Positions 39,063-48,219 of a stretch of DNA of 64,000 nt are shown here, in pieces. The stretch is from Acidobacteriota bacterium (GTDB lineage: Bacteria; Acidobacteriota; UBA6911; RPQK01; JAJDTT01), in assembly GCA_965217775.1 (NCBI GenBank), contig CBDCJH010000002.1, positions 800,001 through 864,000 on the forward strand. Direction: 5' to 3'. The notes beneath the pieces are model-generated. The model had not been told where the DNA came from, made no database searches, and was given only the letters and a program-made list of their open reading frames with translations. Position 1 is the first letter of the stretch, and the number at the start of each line of letters is the position of its first letter. Both the position numbers and the translations under genes were made by a program.

Positions 39063-39530
39063 ATGCGCGTTAGGCCCGTCGCCCGGCGCTTCTCGCTTGA
39101 CACCAACATCCTGGTGTACGCGGTCGACCTCAATAGTGGACTCCGACACGATGAAGCCGTCGAGATGGTCGGTCAGGCGGCGAAGTGCGACTGCGTATTG
39201 ACGATCCAGTCGCTGGCGGAATTCTTTCGCGCGACCACCCGAAAAGGGCTGCTCGATCCGGCGCACGCGGGTGCTTTCGTGCGAGATTGGCTCGGTCTGT
39301 TCGATATCGCCTCAGCGGACGATCAGGCATTGGTCGATGCCATGGATGCAGTCGAGGAACACGGGCTCTCATTCTGGGACGCTATGCTGTGGGCCACCGC
39401 GCGCCGTGCTCGTTGCTCGGCGATTCTGACCGAGGATTTGCAAGATGGCCGGCGCCTGGGTGGGGTCCAGTTCCTGAACCCTTTCAGGACTGAAAACAGA
39501 GACCGTTTGGCTCTGGTGCTGGCGGATTGA
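39063..39530 (+). CDS. PIN-domain toxin
   Basis: LDTNILVYA, LAEF, SFWDAML, LTEDLQDG. Confidence 0.9.
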   Translation: MRVRPVARRFSLDTNILVYAVDLNSGLRHDEAVEMVGQAAKCDCVLTIQSLAEFFRATTRKGLLDPAHAGAFVRDWLGLFDIASADDQALVDAMDAVEEHGLSFWDAMLWATARRARCSAILTEDLQDGRRLGGVQFLNPFRTENRDRLALVLAD

Positions 39531-39723
39531 TCCTCCGTGGCTCACATGTTCGATAAACCCTCGTTTCCGGAGGCGTTCGGAATCGGCGCGTCATGCCGGT
39601 TGGGTGGACCGTCACTGCTGGTTCGTCCTTGACGGGTCCCCGCACGCTTCCTACCATGGAGCCCCGGTTCGGTCCGGCGGCGAAATTCTCTGCCGGGACC
39701 ACCACCTTTGAGCTGAGAAACCC

Positions 39724-40323
39724 ATGTTTCTGAAAATACTCTCCCACCCCGTCTTCGTGAACCTGAACTTCCACATGCCCATGATCGTGGATCTGCGCCA
39801 TCCCCTCATCATGTTGAGCGGCGAGAACGGGTCGGGGAAGTCGACGCTGCTTCATTCCATCTTCCATGCGCTCAAGGGCGAAAGGCTGCAGAACTATTCG
39901 TATCGTCTCGAAACCCGGGACGTGGAGATCAAGGAGGTTCGCCTTTTCGACGCCGAACAGCACAATCCCCGCAATCAATTGCACCTCTTCAAGGACGAGC
40001 CGCGGATGCTCGAGTTTCTGCATGTCGCCAGCCACGGCCAGATCATGCTTTCGCTGTTCACGGAGTCGTTCCCCAAGTTGCCCGACGGGACGGTGCTCCT
40101 GCTGGACGAGCCGGAAATGGCCCTCTCCCAGTCCAACCAGCGCCGGGTGCTCAAGATGCTCATGGAACTGGTGGATCAGAAGAATATGCGCATCGTTACG
40201 GCGACCCATTCGCCGGTTTTGCTGGAGTCTCCGCACACCTATGTCATCGATCTGGATCAGGCCGTGAACCGGAACGTCCTCCCCAGCGATCTCCCGGTGC
40301 CGGGTCAGAGCACCATCAACTGA
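39724..40323 (+). CDS. ABC/AAA-type ATPase
   Basis: GENGSGKS, SHGQ, LLDEPE, ATHSP. Confidence 0.88.
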   Translation: MFLKILSHPVFVNLNFHMPMIVDLRHPLIMLSGENGSGKSTLLHSIFHALKGERLQNYSYRLETRDVEIKEVRLFDAEQHNPRNQLHLFKDEPRMLEFLHVASHGQIMLSLFTESFPKLPDGTVLLLDEPEMALSQSNQRRVLKMLMELVDQKNMRIVTATHSPVLLESPHTYVIDLDQAVNRNVLPSDLPVPGQSTIN

Positions 40324-40377
40324 AGCTCCGTCCCGGACTCGCCGGATCCGGCGCCCCGGAGCCCGTGGTGTAGAAAG

Positions 40378-41262
40378 ATGGAAGTCATCCTGCGAGATGT
40401 GGGAAACGTTCTCACCCGGACCACGGGATTCCTCAAGACGGTCACTTCCCACTCGCTCCAACCCTATCGGGGCTGCACTTTCGGCAACTCCCTCTGCGGC
40501 GTCGGTTGCTACGTCCGGCACAATCCCTATGTGACCCGTGGGCGCTCCTGGGGAAGTTTTCTGGAGGTCCGCGAGAACGCCGCCGCTTCGTACCGGCGGC
40601 ATTGGCGCCGGGAAAGGAACTGGGCTCGGCGCCGCCCAGGGCAGTTCGGAATCTTCCTGTCCAGTTCCACCGAGCCCTTTCTGCCCCAGGAGTTCCGCTA
40701 CCGGGTGACCGGCAGCGTCCTGGAGGCCATGTTGGAGCAGCCGCCCGACCTGCTGGTGCTCCAGACCCACTCCCACCGGGTGACGGAATACGCCGGCCTC
40801 TGCCTGGAGCTCTCACGGCGCTGCCGGCTTCGGGTCCATATTTCCATCGAGACCGATCTCGACGCCGTCCCAGGCCTGCCCGGCCACGCCAGCACTGTCG
40901 ATCGCCGTTTCGATGCCGCGCGCCGGCTCAAGCGGCTCGGCCTGTTTACCGTGATCACGGTTTCTCCGCTGCTTCCGATCCGGGACCCGGAGCGCTTTTT
41001 CCACCGAATCAGCGAAGCCGCGGACCGGGTCGTGATCGACCATTTCATCGAGGGAGATGGAACGCGGGACGGGTCACGGACTCTGAAGACGGCGTTGCCA
41101 CGAGCCATGAAGCAGGTCGATGAACGATCGATCGGTCTGGCCTATCGGGACCGCATGGTCCAGTTGGCCCAGGACATCCTCCCGGGACGGGTCGGCGTGA
41201 ACATCGATGGGTTTGCGGGCCGGTATTTGACAAGCGGTCGGCCTATGATCGAACATGGCTGA
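40378..41262 (+). CDS. radical SAM protein (spore photoproduct lyase-like)
   Basis: LQPYRGCTFGNSLCGVGCY cysteine cluster; SSSTEPF. Confidence 0.8.
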   Translation: MEVILRDVGNVLTRTTGFLKTVTSHSLQPYRGCTFGNSLCGVGCYVRHNPYVTRGRSWGSFLEVRENAAASYRRHWRRERNWARRRPGQFGIFLSSSTEPFLPQEFRYRVTGSVLEAMLEQPPDLLVLQTHSHRVTEYAGLCLELSRRCRLRVHISIETDLDAVPGLPGHASTVDRRFDAARRLKRLGLFTVITVSPLLPIRDPERFFHRISEAADRVVIDHFIEGDGTRDGSRTLKTALPRAMKQVDERSIGLAYRDRMVQLAQDILPGRVGVNIDGFAGRYLTSGRPMIEHG

Positions 41263-41356
41263 GTTCCACAGGCTTCGGAGTCGGAGCGGTGGCGGTTCCA
41301 CGGTTTTGGGCGGCCAACGGGACCGAGCAGGATGGGTCCTGCTGATTGAGGGTATT

Positions 41357-41543
41357 GCCCGGAAAGGAGGGGATCCAGTGGAATTAGATAAACATGGTAT
41401 GGCGGAGGTGGCGTCCTTCTAACGGAAGCCACTCTTGTCAGTGGTGTCAAGGAGGGTTTCCCCACGGAAGGAGACCCAACGCCACCGAAACCATTCCTTT
41501 CTGGGCCCCGCGCCTGACCTCAGGCCGGGGCCCTTCGCATTTT
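41357..41543 (+). ncRNA. candidate structured RNA with extended SD-like motif and 14-codon ORF
   Basis: nested stems gcccggaaagga/tcctttctgggc, ggtggcgt/acgccacc, ccttc/gaagg, ggaagcc/ggtttcc; GC hairpin 41503-41533. Confidence 0.4.
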
Positions 41544-41628
41544 CAGGCACGTGATTCCAACGGCGCCGCGCCACGGCGGAGCCAGGAACAGGCGGCCACC
41601 AGCGCCGCCCCTGCAAGTGTGTATTGAA

Positions 41629-42381
41629 CTAATAGGTGGCCCGCCCGCCTGAGATATCGAACACGCCGCCGGTGCTGAACGAACAGTCTTCGGACGAAAG
41701 CCAGGCCACCAGCGCCGCCACCTCTTCGGTCTTCCCGAAACGGTCCATGGGTATCTTCGAGCGCATGTAATCGATGTGCTGCTGAGTCAGTTGTTTCAGC
41801 ATATCGGTCTCGATCACGGCCGGGGTGACGCAATTGACCAGAATCCCGCTGGTGGCCAATTCCTTGCCCAGGGCCTTGGTCAGACCGATGACGCCGGCCT
41901 TGGCGGCGCTGTAGTGCGAGGCGTTGGGATTGCCCTCCTTGCCGGCGATGGAGGCGATGCTCACGATCCGGCCCCAGCCCTGCTCCAGCATCATGGGAAC
42001 CACCGATCGGCAGCAGTGATAGACGCCGAACAGGTCGACCTCGACGACCCAATGCCACTCCTCCGGAGCATACTCCCAGAGGCGCTTGGCGGCGCCGGCG
42101 ACGCCGGCGTTGTTCACCAGAATGTCGATGGACCCCAATTCGCCGCGGGTGCTTTCGGCAGCGGCATCGACCTGATCCGCCCGGGTCAGTTCGACCGTCC
42201 GGAAACTGCAGGCCCCCGTTTCCCCGAGCCGGTTCGCGGCCGCCGCCGCGGCCTCCTCATTGACGTCCCAAATGCAGCAGGCCGCTCCCGAATCCAAGAT
42301 GCGACGGGCAATGGCATAGCCGATGCCCCGGGCGGCACCGGTGACGACCGCGTTCTTTCCTGTCAGATCGATCCTGTTCAT
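41629..42381 (-). CDS. SDR family oxidoreductase
   Basis: TGAARGIG, NNAG, YSAAK. Confidence 0.93.
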   Translation of the reverse strand: MNRIDLTGKNAVVTGAARGIGYAIARRILDSGAACCIWDVNEEAAAAAANRLGETGACSFRTVELTRADQVDAAAESTRGELGSIDILVNNAGVAGAAKRLWEYAPEEWHWVVEVDLFGVYHCCRSVVPMMLEQGWGRIVSIASIAGKEGNPNASHYSAAKAGVIGLTKALGKELATSGILVNCVTPAVIETDMLKQLTQQHIDYMRSKIPMDRFGKTEEVAALVAWLSSEDCSFSTGGVFDISGGRATY

Positions 42382-42490
42382 GTTGGTCCTCCCGTTTTCA
42401 GAATAAACCGTTCGGAGAGGAAAGAGAAAAGAGAAAAGAGGAAAGAGACGAGAGAAGTGGTAGGATTCCGGAAAGGCGGGAGAGACGATT

Positions 42491-43351
42491 ATGGCTTCAA
42501 TCAGGATTGGGTTGGCTCAGGCCAGGCAGGTGGATGACCTTCAGATCAATGCCCGGACCGTCTTTCGTTTCATGGAGGAGGCCGCGGCGCAGGGCGTGCA
42601 GATCCTCTGCTTTCCCGAGACCCACACCGTTGGGTACCGTGTCGACGTGGTGCCGCCCCCACCGGAGCGGCCGGTGCCGGTGGATCACCTTTCCCGACTC
42701 CATCGGCAGGTGGCCGAGCGCTGCGGAGAGTTGGGAATGGCCTGCATCCTGGGGACCGAGATTCCCAACCCGGCAGATCCGGTCCTGGGGAAACCCTACA
42801 ACTCGGCTCTGGTCGTCTCGGAGAAGGGACGGATCCTGGGATCCCACCACAAGGCCCGGCTGACTCCCCTGGATGCCACCGCCTATACTTCGGGGACCCG
42901 GTTCGAGACCTACGAGCTGTGGGGAGTCCGGGTGGGGGTGGTCATCTGCTTTGAGGGGTTCCGCTTTCCCGAATCGACGCGAGAGTGTGTTTCCCAAGGA
43001 GCCCGGCTGATCTTTCACCCTCAGAACAACACTACTCGTCCGGCCGCTTGGAAGCTCCCGGTACACCGTTCCCTGATCCTGGCTCGAGCGGCCGAGAATA
43101 CGGTCTGGGTCGCTTCTTGCAACTGCTGTTACGAGACACATCAGAACAGCACCAGTTTGGTGGTGGCCCCGGATGGCCGGGTCGTGGGAGAAACCGGACT
43201 GGGCGAAGAGGCGCTCCTGGTTCGGGACGTCGATCCGGAACAGGCCACGCGGGCCATGTTCCTCTACGACCTGGAAGGGTGTGCCCCGATCCTGTTCGGA
43301 GATCAGGTCCGGCGGGAGGAATTTGCCCACGTTCTGGAGCCGGCCGGTTAG
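42491..43351 (+). CDS. carbon-nitrogen hydrolase family protein
   Basis: CFPE, HHK, VICFE triad. Confidence 0.9.
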   Translation: MASIRIGLAQARQVDDLQINARTVFRFMEEAAAQGVQILCFPETHTVGYRVDVVPPPPERPVPVDHLSRLHRQVAERCGELGMACILGTEIPNPADPVLGKPYNSALVVSEKGRILGSHHKARLTPLDATAYTSGTRFETYELWGVRVGVVICFEGFRFPESTRECVSQGARLIFHPQNNTTRPAAWKLPVHRSLILARAAENTVWVASCNCCYETHQNSTSLVVAPDGRVVGETGLGEEALLVRDVDPEQATRAMFLYDLEGCAPILFGDQVRREEFAHVLEPAG

Positions 43352-43408
43352 AACAATGTCGATTCCTTCGAATTCCGGCTGAGTACGATCAGGCAGCCGT
43401 TTTCAGGA

Positions 43409-43696
43409 GTGCCTCCGATGGATGCCGAGCCGATCATGGACATCCTGGGTTTCATTCTGGGAAGCTCGTTTGTTCTGATTCTGGGCCTGCTGGTCGTGCT
43501 GGCGCTGATCTGGTGCCTGGTTCCCTTCGCGATTTTCGGGATCAAGCCCCGCCTGGACTCGTTGGTCCGGGCGGTCCAGGAGCAGACCCGGGTGCAGCAG
43601 GAACTGGTCCGGGAAATGCGATCCCTGCGGAATCGAACCGCCGAGAGGACGCCTCCGGCCCGGGAGGCCGAGCCGAAGCAGCGGGAAACTTCCTGA
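43409..43696 (+). CDS. small membrane protein
   Basis: hydrophobic segment, VPFAIFGIK, coiled-coil tail. Confidence 0.65.
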   Translation: MPPMDAEPIMDILGFILGSSFVLILGLLVVLALIWCLVPFAIFGIKPRLDSLVRAVQEQTRVQQELVREMRSLRNRTAERTPPAREAEPKQRETS

Positions 43697-43706
43697 TCGG
43701 TAGAGG

Positions 43707-44504
43707 TCAGTCCAGCAGCCGACGCATCCAGTCGGCCACCGATTCTTCCTTCAGGGGAGTCACCGAAGCCGACATCCCATCCCTGACCTGCTCCGGAGTC
43801 GTGTATCCCCAGGTGGCGTGGTAACAGCCGACTCCCAGCTCCGACGCCGATTGCAGGTGGGAGACCTGGTCATCGACGAAGTGGATGTGGGAGTAGGGTG
43901 TTCCGGTCAGGTCATGCAGATGGGCCAGGTGCCCGTTCTTGCCTCGGGCGCGGCGGACCCGGTCATACCCGTAGATGTGGTCCGTGGCGAGATCGATCTT
44001 CTGATAGTGGAGGATCTTGACGGCTGCATCGCTGGGCTTGGAGGTGGTGACGTAGACCCGGTCGAAGCGGGTCCGGCTGGATCTCAGCCCTGCTTCCACG
44101 CCGGCGTAGAGCGGGTTCATCTCCATCCATGAGGCCTCGTCCCGTTGGCGCATTGTTCTACGGTGCTCCTGGAACACCTCCTCCAAGGCCCGGGGATCGG
44201 AGACTCCCATGGAGGCGCAGAGATCCGGCAGCAGTTCCTGGGAGCGCCGGTCGAAGTCCTGTTGGCGGGTAACCGCCTCCTGACCCAGGATGAGATTCAG
44301 GATGACGATGTAGTCCTTTCCATCGCGGACGAACGGACGCATGCGGAAGAAGGGTCCCCGCACATTCGGGGAGATCTCCTCCAGGTTCGAGGCGGGGGGG
44401 AATCCCGCCACGGGTCCGTAACAGGCATACGACGTGAAGAGGCATTCCCGGGCGCTGTCGCAGATCACGCCGTCAAAATCCAGGGCCAGGATGTTCTGTG
44501 CCAT
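43707..44504 (-). CDS. HAD-superfamily hydrolase
   Basis: LDFDGVICDS, TTSK, FVDD, ATWGY. Confidence 0.88.
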   Translation of the reverse strand: MAQNILALDFDGVICDSARECLFTSYACYGPVAGFPPASNLEEISPNVRGPFFRMRPFVRDGKDYIVILNLILGQEAVTRQQDFDRRSQELLPDLCASMGVSDPRALEEVFQEHRRTMRQRDEASWMEMNPLYAGVEAGLRSSRTRFDRVYVTTSKPSDAAVKILHYQKIDLATDHIYGYDRVRRARGKNGHLAHLHDLTGTPYSHIHFVDDQVSHLQSASELGVGCYHATWGYTTPEQVRDGMSASVTPLKEESVADWMRRLLD

Positions 44505-44588
44505 GATCCTTTCTCCACCACCTGCCGATCGGGCTGAACCTGCCCGACCCGCAATCGCCGCCGATGATACCAAAGCGACCACGGTTTT

Positions 44589-44729
44589 CGAGTGCCGAGA
44601 CCGTTCCTGCGCCCGCCGGACAAGGCGCGATTCGGGTGCATACCGGGAGTATGTGCCCGAATCGCAACGCCGTCCGCCGGGATGCAGGGACGGTCGAATG
44701 CCGTGATGACTTTTGCCACGGGCTGTTAA
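44589..44729 (-). mobile_element. MITE family 1, copy 2 (one end lost)
   Basis: reverse complement of copies at 25915 and 57009. Confidence 0.8.
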
Positions 44730-44784
44730 CATACGGGTCGCAAGGTAACGCGTTCACGCCAGCCGCAACGAGGTCATTTCACCA

Positions 44785-45600
44785 GTGAAGGTCACGGTAC
44801 CGTTCCAGATCCTGGCCAGCTTCCTCACCCAACTCGTGGTGCGGAGGCACCTGATCTGGACCTTCGTGAGGCGCGACCTGAGGAGCCGTTACGTGGGATC
44901 GGTCATGGGACTCTGCTGGTCGGTGCTCCATCCCCTGGTTCTCTTGGCGGCCTACACCTTCGTCTTTCAGTTCATCTTCCGGGTCCGGCCCCCCCTGGCG
45001 GGGACCGACAGCTTCGCCGTCTTCCTCTTCTGCGGCCTCCTGCCCTGGCTCTACTTCCAAGACACGTTGCAGCGTTCCTGCACCTCGGTCGTGGAGCAGA
45101 GGAATCTCATTCAGAAGACTCTCTTCCCCTCGGAGGTCCTGCCCCTGACGCTGGCCGCCTCCAACCTGGTGACGCATCTGTTCGGGCTGGCGGTGCTCCT
45201 GTCGGTACTCCTCTATCTCGAACTGTTGACTTGGACCGCCTGCTTGTTGCCGGCCTGGTTCTTCTGGCTGATGCTGCTGGCGCTGGGCCTGGGATGGCTG
45301 TTGGCGGCCCTGCAGGTCTTCCTGAGGGATACGGCGCAGGTGCTTTCGGTGCTGCTGGTCTTCTGGTTCTGGTTCACTCCCATCTTCTACCAGGTGGAAA
45401 TGGTGCCGCCCCGGTTCCAGCCCTGGCTGCGGCTGAACCCGCTGACCCACGTCGTGGAGGGCTACCGCCTGCTGCTGCTGGAGGGACGGATACCGGCGAT
45501 CGAGTCATGGCTGGTGCTGGCCGGCCTTTCGCTGGCGACTTTCTTCCTGGGTGGCCTGGCCTTCAGAGGGATGAAGCGGGAGTTCGCCGATGCCCTCTGA
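44785..45600 (+). CDS. wzm: polysaccharide ABC exporter permease
   Basis: RRDLRSRYVGS, FTPIFY, LNPLTH. Confidence 0.9.
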   Translation: MKVTVPFQILASFLTQLVVRRHLIWTFVRRDLRSRYVGSVMGLCWSVLHPLVLLAAYTFVFQFIFRVRPPLAGTDSFAVFLFCGLLPWLYFQDTLQRSCTSVVEQRNLIQKTLFPSEVLPLTLAASNLVTHLFGLAVLLSVLLYLELLTWTACLLPAWFFWLMLLALGLGWLLAALQVFLRDTAQVLSVLLVFWFWFTPIFYQVEMVPPRFQPWLRLNPLTHVVEGYRLLLLEGRIPAIESWLVLAGLSLATFFLGGLAFRGMKREFADAL

Positions 45601-46891
45601 GTTGCCGCCGGTGGTGAGCCTGAGGCAGGTCTCCAAGAAATACCGGATCTACCAACGTCCGAGCCACAAGTTCCTGGAGCTGTTTCTGGGGGAGAGAAAA
45701 CGCCTGCACCGGGAGTTCTGGGCCCTGCGGGAGATTGATCTGGAAGTGGCCGCCGGGACGACCCTGGGCATCGTGGGCCGGAACGGATCGGGCAAGAGCA
45801 CCCTGCTGCAGTTGCTGGCCGGAATCCATCGGCAGACCGCAGGCGACTTGTTTGTCCGGGGGACGGTCTCGGCCCTGCTGGAGCTGGGTTCCGGGTTCAA
45901 TCCCGAGTTCACGGGCCGGGAGAACATGATCATGGCCGGCGCCGTCATGGGGTTCACGAAGCCGCAGATGGAGGAACGCCAGGACGACATTCTGGAGTTC
46001 GCCCGGATCGGCGAATTCGTGGACCAGCCGGTCAAGGTCTATTCCACCGGAATGTTCATGCGGCTGGCCTTCTCCGTGGCCGTCCACGTGGAACCGGACA
46101 TCCTGTTGGTGGACGAGGCCCTGGCGGTGGGCGACCTTATTTTCCAGCACCGGTGCATCCAGCGGATCCGTCGTCTGCGCAGCCAGGGCAAGACCATTCT
46201 CTTCGTCAGCCACGATCTGCAGGCGGTCACCCAGTTCTGCGACCGGGCCATCCTGCTGGAGCGGGGGAGAATGCTGGAGGACGGCTCGCCGGAACGGGTG
46301 GTCCAGCGGTATCAGGGCCTGGTCGCGGCGAGACAAGCGGGGCAGGAGGGAGAGAGGCTCCAATGGAGCGGCGCCGGGGAGGATGATCGACTCCGGATTG
46401 TCCGTACCGTGCCTCATGTGCACAACCGCTACGGTGACGGGGGCGCCAGCATCATGGGGGTCCTGATCCACTCTCCCGGCGGAAGGGTCCTGAATCAGGC
46501 GCAGATCGGGGAGGAGGTCCACCTGCTGATCTCGGTGCGGATCCTGAAGGATCTGGAGAACCCCATCATCGGCTTCACGGTTCGGGACCGCATGGGCGTG
46601 GAGATCACTTCGTCCAACACCTCCTACGCGGGACTGGATCTGCCGCCGGCGCGAACCGGAGACGTGCTGACGGTGGGCTTCCGGTTTCGAATTCCCGAGT
46701 TGCGGCCGGGCAGCTATTCCATTTCCACCGCCGTCGCCCGGGGGAACATCTGGGAACATACCATCGAGGACTGGATCGACAACGCCTACATCCTGGATCT
46801 GACCAGTCCGGGCCTGGTCTACGGGATGATGCGCTGGGCGGTCACCCCCCGTTTCCGCCGCTTCAGGGATGGCGACATCCCGCCGGTCTGA
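45590..46891 (+). CDS. wzt: polysaccharide ABC exporter ATPase with Wzt_C domain
   Basis: GRNGSGKS, YSTGMFMRL, VDEALAVGD. Confidence 0.92.
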   Translation: MPSELPPVVSLRQVSKKYRIYQRPSHKFLELFLGERKRLHREFWALREIDLEVAAGTTLGIVGRNGSGKSTLLQLLAGIHRQTAGDLFVRGTVSALLELGSGFNPEFTGRENMIMAGAVMGFTKPQMEERQDDILEFARIGEFVDQPVKVYSTGMFMRLAFSVAVHVEPDILLVDEALAVGDLIFQHRCIQRIRRLRSQGKTILFVSHDLQAVTQFCDRAILLERGRMLEDGSPERVVQRYQGLVAARQAGQEGERLQWSGAGEDDRLRIVRTVPHVHNRYGDGGASIMGVLIHSPGGRVLNQAQIGEEVHLLISVRILKDLENPIIGFTVRDRMGVEITSSNTSYAGLDLPPARTGDVLTVGFRFRIPELRPGSYSISTAVARGNIWEHTIEDWIDNAYILDLTSPGLVYGMMRWAVTPRFRRFRDGDIPPV

Positions 46892-46900
46892 TGAATTCCC

Positions 46901-47758
46901 ATGTCCGCCTCCCTGGGTCTGAGCGCCGTCGTCGTCAACTGGAACAGCGGTTCCTGCCTGGGGAAGCTGCTGGAGTCTCTGGAGCCGCTTCGGAACGGAA
47001 TGGGCGAGGTCGTGGTGGTCGACAACGCGTCCCAGGACGGAAGCGACGGTCCGGCCCGGGGAAGGGACGGGGTCGTACTGGTGGAGGCCGGGGAAAATCT
47101 GGGCTTCGCCGGCGCGGCCAACCTGGGAATCGCCCGGGTCTCGACGCCCTGGGTCCTGCTGTTGAACCCCGACGTCACCCTGCATCCCGAGTCGGTGGAA
47201 ACCCTCTGTCACGAGGTCGAGGAAAGGCCGCGTTGCGGGATCGCCACCGGGACTCTTCTCTCCCGCTCCCCGAGGACCCCCCAGATTCGTCCGCTTCCGG
47301 GTCCGTGGAGTATGCTCCGGGACGCCGTCTTCCTGGACGAGCTACTGGCGCTCGCCGGTTTGAACCGTAGTGCCGATTCCCTGGGGGAAGGTTCCTCCGG
47401 GCAAGCGGTGAGAGTGGAGCAGCCGGCGGCCGCATTCTGGATGCTGAGGCGCCGGGCGTGGGAAGCCATCGGCGGTTTCGACTGCCGGTTCCATCCGGCC
47501 TGGTTCGAGGATGTGGACTTCTGCCGCAGGCTTCTGGACGCCGGCTGGGAGATTCTCCATTTTCCCCAAATCCGGGTCGGGACCCACTTGGGCGGTTCTT
47601 CCCTGGATCGTCTGGGATACGCGGCTTTCGTGGAGATCTACACCCGCAACATGCTCCGGTATCTGGCCAAGCACCACAAGATAGCCTATCCGCTCTTGTG
47701 GCCCCTGATTCGGCTGGGCGCTCTGGTACGGCGCGGCGTCATCGGCCGGTGGCGTTAG
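46901..47758 (+). CDS. glycosyltransferase family 2
   Basis: VVDNASQDGS, NLGFA, LLNPD, FEDVD. Confidence 0.9.
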   Translation: MSASLGLSAVVVNWNSGSCLGKLLESLEPLRNGMGEVVVVDNASQDGSDGPARGRDGVVLVEAGENLGFAGAANLGIARVSTPWVLLLNPDVTLHPESVETLCHEVEERPRCGIATGTLLSRSPRTPQIRPLPGPWSMLRDAVFLDELLALAGLNRSADSLGEGSSGQAVRVEQPAAAFWMLRRRAWEAIGGFDCRFHPAWFEDVDFCRRLLDAGWEILHFPQIRVGTHLGGSSLDRLGYAAFVEIYTRNMLRYLAKHHKIAYPLLWPLIRLGALVRRGVIGRWR

Positions 47759-48001
47759 CCCGCATTTCTCACCAGGGGGCGTGACGATCGCGCAGGATTT
47801 TCGCCCTCAGCGCGTGCTCGCGACCGAGAGCGTAGTGGTAACTACGTTTGAGGGAGCATGTGCGCGCTGAGGGCGAAAAGACCAGGGAGCGCGCGCCCAG
47901 CGCAGTCTGTCCCGGAGAAACCTTGGCCAAATTCGCGTAAGTGCTCAAAAACAGATTATTTTTCATCATACGCGTAGCGGCCTGGTGAGAAATGCGGGCT
48001 A
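47756..48001. mobile_element. MITE family 2
   Basis: TIR gcccgcatttctcaccagg / cctggtgagaaatgcgggc flanked by TA; internal long hairpin. Confidence 0.85.
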
Positions 48002-48219
48002 GGTGTTCAATCTGAGCCGAAACACTTCCGAATCGGGGAGCGCGTCAGTCAGGTGTATGCCCAAAGTCGGTACCAATTGGGAGTTCGACGATAGACGGCA
48101 AGGCGTGTCTGATTTATCAGCCTCGTGTGAGACCATGAATGGTCGAGGTTGTCATTAAACGAATGGCCAGAAGCTATTGCCGACCACTCTTCGCTGGCGA
48201 CGAGAAGTTCCAGAACCTA

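Noticed and set aside
42415-42460. Purine-rich heptamer repeats (gaaaaga)
   Set aside because: Short low-complexity tract with no spacers or associated gene.
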